Positions 59,582 to 64,000 of a DNA stretch of 64,000 bases are shown piece by piece; within the stretch, counting starts at the first letter, position 1; each line of letters opens with the position of its first letter. The notes beneath the pieces are model-generated. The model did no database searches, was not told the origin of the DNA, and worked only from the letters and a program-made list of their open reading frames with translations. The position numbers were made by a program, and so were the translations under genes. The stretch spans positions 288,001 to 352,000 of the forward strand of contig CBDCQT010000012.1 of the NCBI GenBank assembly GCA_965220745.1. The letters are read 5' to 3'. The DNA is from Alphaproteobacteria bacterium. GTDB taxonomy: Bacteria > Pseudomonadota > Alphaproteobacteria > UBA828.

Positions 59582-61102
59582 TTACCGCAGGAACAGGCGG
59601 TAGGCGGGATTGTCGGTCTCCTCCCGGTAGTCGTACCCCACCTGCGCGAGGAACGACTGGAAGTCCGCGCGCTCGGCTTGCGGCACCTGCAGGCCGATCA
59701 GGACCCGGCCGTAGTCCGAGCCGTGGTTGCGGTAGTGGAACATGCTGATGTTCCACGGCCGGCGGCCCATCTGCGTGAGAAAGTGCATGAGCGCGCCCGG
59801 CCGCTCGGGAAAGTCGAAGCGATAGAGCACCTCGTCCAGCTCGCCCGGCGCGTGGCCGCCCACCATGTGGCGCACGTGGAGCTTGGCCATCTCGTTGTCG
59901 GTCAGGTCCAGGACGGGATAGCCGTCGCGCTCCAGCGCATCGACGAGTGACTGCTTGTCGGCACCGGCATCGCTGATCTCCACGCCGACGAAGATGTGCG
60001 CCTCCGCCCCGTCGGCATAGCGGTAGTTGAACTCGGTGATCGAGCGGTTGCCGATCAGCTCGCAGAAACGCAGCAGGCTTCCGGGCCGCTCGGGGATGGT
60101 CACCGCGAGCAGGCTCTCCCGCTGCTCGCCGAGCTGCGCCCGCTGGGCGATGTGGCGGAGGCGGTCGAAGTTGACGTTGGCGCCGCTCACCACTGCCGCG
60201 AAGCGATGGCCGTCCGCGGCGCCTTCCCGCTCGACGTAGCGCTTGAGCCCCGCCACCGCGAGCGCGCCCGCCGGCTCCGCGATCGAGCGCGTATCCTCGA
60301 AGATGTCCTTGATCGCCGCGCAGATTTCGTCGGTGGAGACCAGCACGACCTCGTCCACGCGCTCGCGCGCGATACGGAAGGGCTCGGCCCCGATCTGCTT
60401 CACCGCGACGCCGTCGGCGAAGATGCCGACGCTCTCCAGCACCACCCGCTCGCCCGCCGCGAGCGCCGCGTGCAGGGTCGGCGTCTCCTGCGGCTCGACG
60501 CCCACGATGCGCGTCTCCGGCCACAGCGCCTTGATGTAGGCGGCGATGCCGGCGATGAGTCCGCCGCCGCCGACGCTGACGAAGATGGCATCGAAGGGCT
60601 CGCCCTGCTGGCGCACGATCTCCATCCCCACCGTGCCCTGGCCTGCGATGACGTGCTCGTCGTCGTAGGGCGGAATCAGGACCATGCCGCGCTCGGCGGC
60701 GAGGGCTTCCGCTCTCTCCTTCGCCTCGTCGTAGGAGGAGCCGGAGAGCAGCACCTCGGCGCCGAGCCGCTCGACCGCGTCCACCTTGATGCGGGGCGCG
60801 GTCTCCGGCATGACGATGAGCGCCTGGACGCGCAGCCTGCGCGCCGCCAACGCGACCCCCTGCGCATGATTGCCGGCGGACGACGCGATCACCCCCCGCG
60901 CCCGCTCCTCGGGCGCGAGCGAGGTGAGTTTGTTGTAGGCGCCTCGGAGCTTGAACGAGAAGACCGGCTGCAGGTCCTCCCGCTTGAGCCAGACCTCGCA
61001 GCCGAGCCGCGAGGAGAGCTTTGGGGCACGCTCCAGGGGCGTCTCGCGCGCCACGTCGTAGACGCGCGCCTTCAGGATTTTCGTCACGTAGTCTCGGGAC
61101 AT
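59582..61102 (-). CDS. ilvA: Threonine ammonia-lyase, biosynthetic, long form
   Basis: KREDLQPVFSFKLRGA, SAGNHAQG, two regulatory repeats (PERPGS, PERPGA), FHYRNHG. Confidence 0.96.
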   Translation of the reverse strand: MSRDYVTKILKARVYDVARETPLERAPKLSSRLGCEVWLKREDLQPVFSFKLRGAYNKLTSLAPEERARGVIASSAGNHAQGVALAARRLRVQALIVMPETAPRIKVDAVERLGAEVLLSGSSYDEAKERAEALAAERGMVLIPPYDDEHVIAGQGTVGMEIVRQQGEPFDAIFVSVGGGGLIAGIAAYIKALWPETRIVGVEPQETPTLHAALAAGERVVLESVGIFADGVAVKQIGAEPFRIARERVDEVVLVSTDEICAAIKDIFEDTRSIAEPAGALAVAGLKRYVEREGAADGHRFAAVVSGANVNFDRLRHIAQRAQLGEQRESLLAVTIPERPGSLLRFCELIGNRSITEFNYRYADGAEAHIFVGVEISDAGADKQSLVDALERDGYPVLDLTDNEMAKLHVRHMVGGHAPGELDEVLYRFDFPERPGALMHFLTQMGRRPWNISMFHYRNHGSDYGRVLIGLQVPQAERADFQSFLAQVGYDYREETDNPAYRLFLR

Positions 61103-61215
61103 GGGGCGGGCTCATTCGCATGGGTGCTGCCGCGGCAGCCGGTACTCCACCGGCGTCCGCGCCGCGACGCATTCACATGGGAACGCGGCGGAATCAAATC
61201 AATCCACAGTCTCCA

Positions 61216-62031
61216 TCATGCCCGGATCTGCCCGGCGCTGCCCGGACTTGATCCGGGTATCCGGGTTTCCCGGCATCTTTCTCCGCCGGGGCTTCGCTCT
61301 GACATGCCAGGAGACGGGAACGATTTATTCAGGCGGGACTCGCCGGGATCAGCTGGGATTGATGGGTATAGGCGGGCTTCGGCGGGGTTCCACGGGTCCA
61401 CCGGCACCGATGTGACGGTGCGGGGAGCAGGCGGCGGCGGGGGTGGCGGGGGCCTGCCCTCCACCTCCGCGCGGATGATGGCGACCGCCTCCGGCGAGAG
61501 CCCGCCCTGGCCCTTGGCCCGGCCGGCGCCCTGCGCCGCCTTCTTTGCCGCCTGCTCCCGGTCTGTGCGGAGCTTGTCGGTGCCCTCGATGCGCTTGAGG
61601 GTGAGGGCGAGGCGGGCGAGCTCCTCCGTCGACACGGGCTCTTCCCGCGCGCTGAGACGAGCCATGGTGGAGAGCACCATCGTCCGCAGGGTCTCGATCA
61701 GCACGAGCCCCGCCTGGCCCTCTGGGCGCTCGCCCAGCGCATCCACCCACGCCTTGATGGTGCGGTCGGTTTCCTGCTGCTGGCGGATCATGTCGCGCAT
61801 GTTCTTGGCGTAGCGGCCGACGGCCGAGCGCGAGCATGTCTCGCCTTCGGCCCGGATGCGGGCGGTGATCTGGTCGATGGTGTCGCCGTCCGCGATGGCC
61901 TGATCGACGGCCTCGCGCAGCTTGGCCGGCAGGCGCTTGATGGAGGAGCGGCTGAACGCCGCCGCCGGCGTGGTCTGTCGGGTTTCGTTCTGCATGGCGT
62001 GGCTGTTCTCGCGGGATGGTTCCTGGCTCAT
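61216..62031 (-). CDS. Solitary Mu gp27-like (DUF3486) protein with proline-rich tail
   Basis: RSSIKRLP...TIDQI...SRSAVGRY and GLSPEAVAIIR pattern typical of gp27/DUF3486; start may be 62031 or 61995. Confidence 0.75.
   Translation of the reverse strand: MSQEPSRENSHAMQNETRQTTPAAAFSRSSIKRLPAKLREAVDQAIADGDTIDQITARIRAEGETCSRSAVGRYAKNMRDMIRQQQETDRTIKAWVDALGERPEGQAGLVLIETLRTMVLSTMARLSAREEPVSTEELARLALTLKRIEGTDKLRTDREQAAKKAAQGAGRAKGQGGLSPEAVAIIRAEVEGRPPPPPPPPAPRTVTSVPVDPWNPAEARLYPSIPADPGESRLNKSFPSPGMSERSPGGERCRETRIPGSSPGSAGQIRA
61219..61400. repeat. Two opposed 10-bp-phased degenerate repeat arrays
   Basis: TGCCCGG at 61219/61229/61239 on +; GGG cores at 61335, 45, 55, 64, 74, 84, 94 (CCC on -). 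Confidence 0.7.
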
Positions 62032-62086
62032 CCCGCGATGCTCCCCCGCGCCGCCCCTCCCTGTGCACCGCACCATGGTCCGGGGC
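62028..62086 (-). promoter_or_regulatory. Putative activator-dependent promoter of the DUF3486 gene
   Basis: Dyad CGCACCATGGTCCG (62069-62082) centred 44.5 nt upstream of ATG; weak -10-like GAGCAT 6 nt before ATG; no -35. Confidence 0.55.
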
Positions 62087-62099
62087 ATGCTACCGGCAA

Positions 62100-62252
62100 C
62101 CGACGAAGCGTTTGCCCTGATGGGACCGGGCTGCGGAGCAGCCCGGACGGCGCGAATGCGCCGCGCGCGAAGCGCGAAGCGTCGCGCGTTCACGCGCGCG
62201 GAGCGCACGATCGAACGGAGTTCGCGCCCGGCGATTGAGGGAACTGAAAAAA
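62100..62252 (+). repeat. Structured intergenic repeat, copy R4
   Basis: CCGGGCTGC/GCAGCCCGG hairpin, further hairpins, then CGAACGGAGTTCGCGCCCGGCGATTGAGGGAACTGAAA. Confidence 0.75.
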
Positions 62253-62265
62253 GCGAGCGTATGGC

Positions 62266-63309
62266 CTAACCGTAGATCGGGCGCAGCTGGTCGGCCATCG
62301 TCGCGAGCGGTTCGGGCGCGACGATGACGCCGTCTTCGAGAATCTGCTGCCCCTCGATCCACATCGACTGCATCGAGATCACGCAGTCAGGGTGGTTCTC
62401 GCCGCCGCCCGGCACCCAGAACGGCAGCCCGAGCCCGATGGCGTTGTAGCCCGCCACGCGCTGGTCCTCGATGAAGCACTTGCCGGTGTAGCGCGCCGCC
62501 GGATGGAAGCCGCATGTGAAGTGGACGACGTAGCCGAACTCGCCGTTTCCGGCCCGCGTCAGGGCGCGGCGCATGACCTTGTTCTCCGGCCCGCCGCCGA
62601 TGACCTCCCTGACCTTGCCGTCGATCTTCAGCGTCATCGGCTCGGCAAGCTCGGTGTAGTACTCGTGGAACATGTTGCTGGTGACGACCGAGCCCACCAC
62701 CGACTCCAGCTCCGGCAGGATCATCACGGTGCCGGGCACGAAATAGCCGCCGGGCTCGGTCGCGCGGGCGAAGGCGAAGCCCTCCGGCTTGCCCAGCGTG
62801 AAGCCGACGTCGGTACCGTGCGCGTTGGTGATGCGGCACTCCTTGCCGGCGGATTGCGTGAGCAGGCCGCCGAACGCGTCACCGAGCTGAAACATCCCGT
62901 CGAGATCGGCGCCACCCATCAGGCGCACCATCTCGTCGGCGCCGACGTCGGCGCCCAAAAAATAGCGGGTGCGGTTCTTCTCCATCGCGTCGTCGAAGGC
63001 CTTGGAGCCGGCCAGATAGGGCATGCAGAGATCGATCCAGACGTCGCAGGCGCCGGTGGCCGCCTTGACGTGATCCGGCAGATACTCGTCCGCCAGCCCA
63101 CCCTGGAAGGGCACCGGCGGCGCCAGCGTGATCGAGGCGACCTTGGCGCCGAGCCGGTAGGCGGCGTCCTGGATCGCCTGGACGCCGACGACATCGGTCC
63201 CCGTGTCGGTCGTGATGAGGACGCTCTCGCCCGCCTCGATGCACATCATGTCCCGCGTGAGGACATCGGCGGCGCGCGCCAGCTTCGGTCCGATCCCTGC
63301 ATCGGGCAT
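62266..63309 (-). CDS. M29 leucyl aminopeptidase-like / NicX-like metalloprotein
   Basis: IEAGESVLITTD, ITNAHGTDV, C-terminal HPDCVISMQSMWIEGQQILEDG. Confidence 0.6.
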   Translation of the reverse strand: MPDAGIGPKLARAADVLTRDMMCIEAGESVLITTDTGTDVVGVQAIQDAAYRLGAKVASITLAPPVPFQGGLADEYLPDHVKAATGACDVWIDLCMPYLAGSKAFDDAMEKNRTRYFLGADVGADEMVRLMGGADLDGMFQLGDAFGGLLTQSAGKECRITNAHGTDVGFTLGKPEGFAFARATEPGGYFVPGTVMILPELESVVGSVVTSNMFHEYYTELAEPMTLKIDGKVREVIGGGPENKVMRRALTRAGNGEFGYVVHFTCGFHPAARYTGKCFIEDQRVAGYNAIGLGLPFWVPGGGENHPDCVISMQSMWIEGQQILEDGVIVAPEPLATMADQLRPIYG

Positions 63310-63444
63310 GGCTCTTCCCCTCGGTCTGGAGGTTGAGACTTCGCAGGACCCAACGAATGTCTGCTGGCCGGCAGTATACCGTAGTGGGAATTCCTGGCGC
63401 CCCCTAAGCTGCGAGCGACGAAATGGGAGGCGGAGTTCGGGCCT

Positions 63445-64000
63445 ATGACGAAGCGCTCAGGCGCGGAGGTGCTTGCGGAGATGCTGCAGGGCTACGGCGT
63501 CACGCATGTCTTCATGGTGCCGTCGATCCTGCGGCGGGCCCTGGTCGAGATGGAACGGCGGACCACGATCCGGCGCATCCAGGTCCACGCGGAAAAATCA
63601 GCCGCCTACATGGCCGACGGCTACGCGCGGGCGTGCGGCCGGCCCGGCATCTGCATGGCGCAGGTGGTCGGCGCGCTCAACCTCGCCGCCGGCCTGCGCG
63701 ACGCCCATCTCGCCAATGCGCCGGTGATCGCGATGACCGGCGGGCGCGACCCGCACACCAAGTTTCGCAAGGCGTATCAGGACCTGGACGACGTGCCGGC
63801 CTTCGAGCCGGTGACGAAATTCAACGTGACCGTGGACGAGGTCACGCGCATCCCGGACCTGGTGCGCCAGGCCTTCCGGGTCGCCGTCTCCGGCAAGCCC
63901 GGCCCGGTGCACCTGCAATTCCGGGGCAACGAGGGGCAGATCGACTACGAGGAAGCGGAGATGGAGGCCCTCGCGGAGGAGCTGTTCGCGCGGGTGCCGC
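63445..64000 (+). CDS. Thiamine pyrophosphate-binding enzyme (acetolactate synthase-like), 3'-truncated
   Basis: MTKRSGAEVLAEMLQGYGVTHVFMVP, EKSAAYMADGYARACGRPG, GKPGPVHL. Confidence 0.9.
   Translation, partial: MTKRSGAEVLAEMLQGYGVTHVFMVPSILRRALVEMERRTTIRRIQVHAEKSAAYMADGYARACGRPGICMAQVVGALNLAAGLRDAHLANAPVIAMTGGRDPHTKFRKAYQDLDDVPAFEPVTKFNVTVDEVTRIPDLVRQAFRVAVSGKPGPVHLQFRGNEGQIDYEEAEMEALAEELFARVP

Noticed and set aside
61216-62031. Intact Mu-like prophage
   Set aside because: No other phage genes on either side.

Overview
High-GC window from an alphaproteobacterium (Rhodospirillales-like, inferred from the gene order yqeY-dnaG-rpoD and carA-carB-greA, and from Irr). Core blocks are thrS-infC-rpmI-rplT-pheST-lepA-tRNA-Ser, carAB-greA and yqeY-dnaG-rpoD. 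Accessory DNA includes a PLP decarboxylase plus ACT protein, a secreted KatG, an ACP-FAAL-acyltransferase fusion and decayed rpoD/integrase fragments. It also holds a P4-type integrative element at tRNA-Ser whose AlpA is inactivated twice, two apparently identical IS3-family copies, and a hydantoinase/oxoprolinase catabolic cluster with a fold-IV transaminase. Further right are an Irr-rubrerythrin iron module and several orphan redox enzymes. The most unusual signal is a solitary Mu-gp27-like (DUF3486, putative small terminase) gene with no phage around it. It has a dyad about 44 bp upstream of its ATG (Mor/C-type promoter geometry, with a second copy of this upstream block 5 kb away) and two opposed 10-bp-phased repeat arrays at its 3' end. 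A family of four diverged multi-hairpin intergenic repeats is also present. All family assignments come from motif recognition by eye; no database searches were run.
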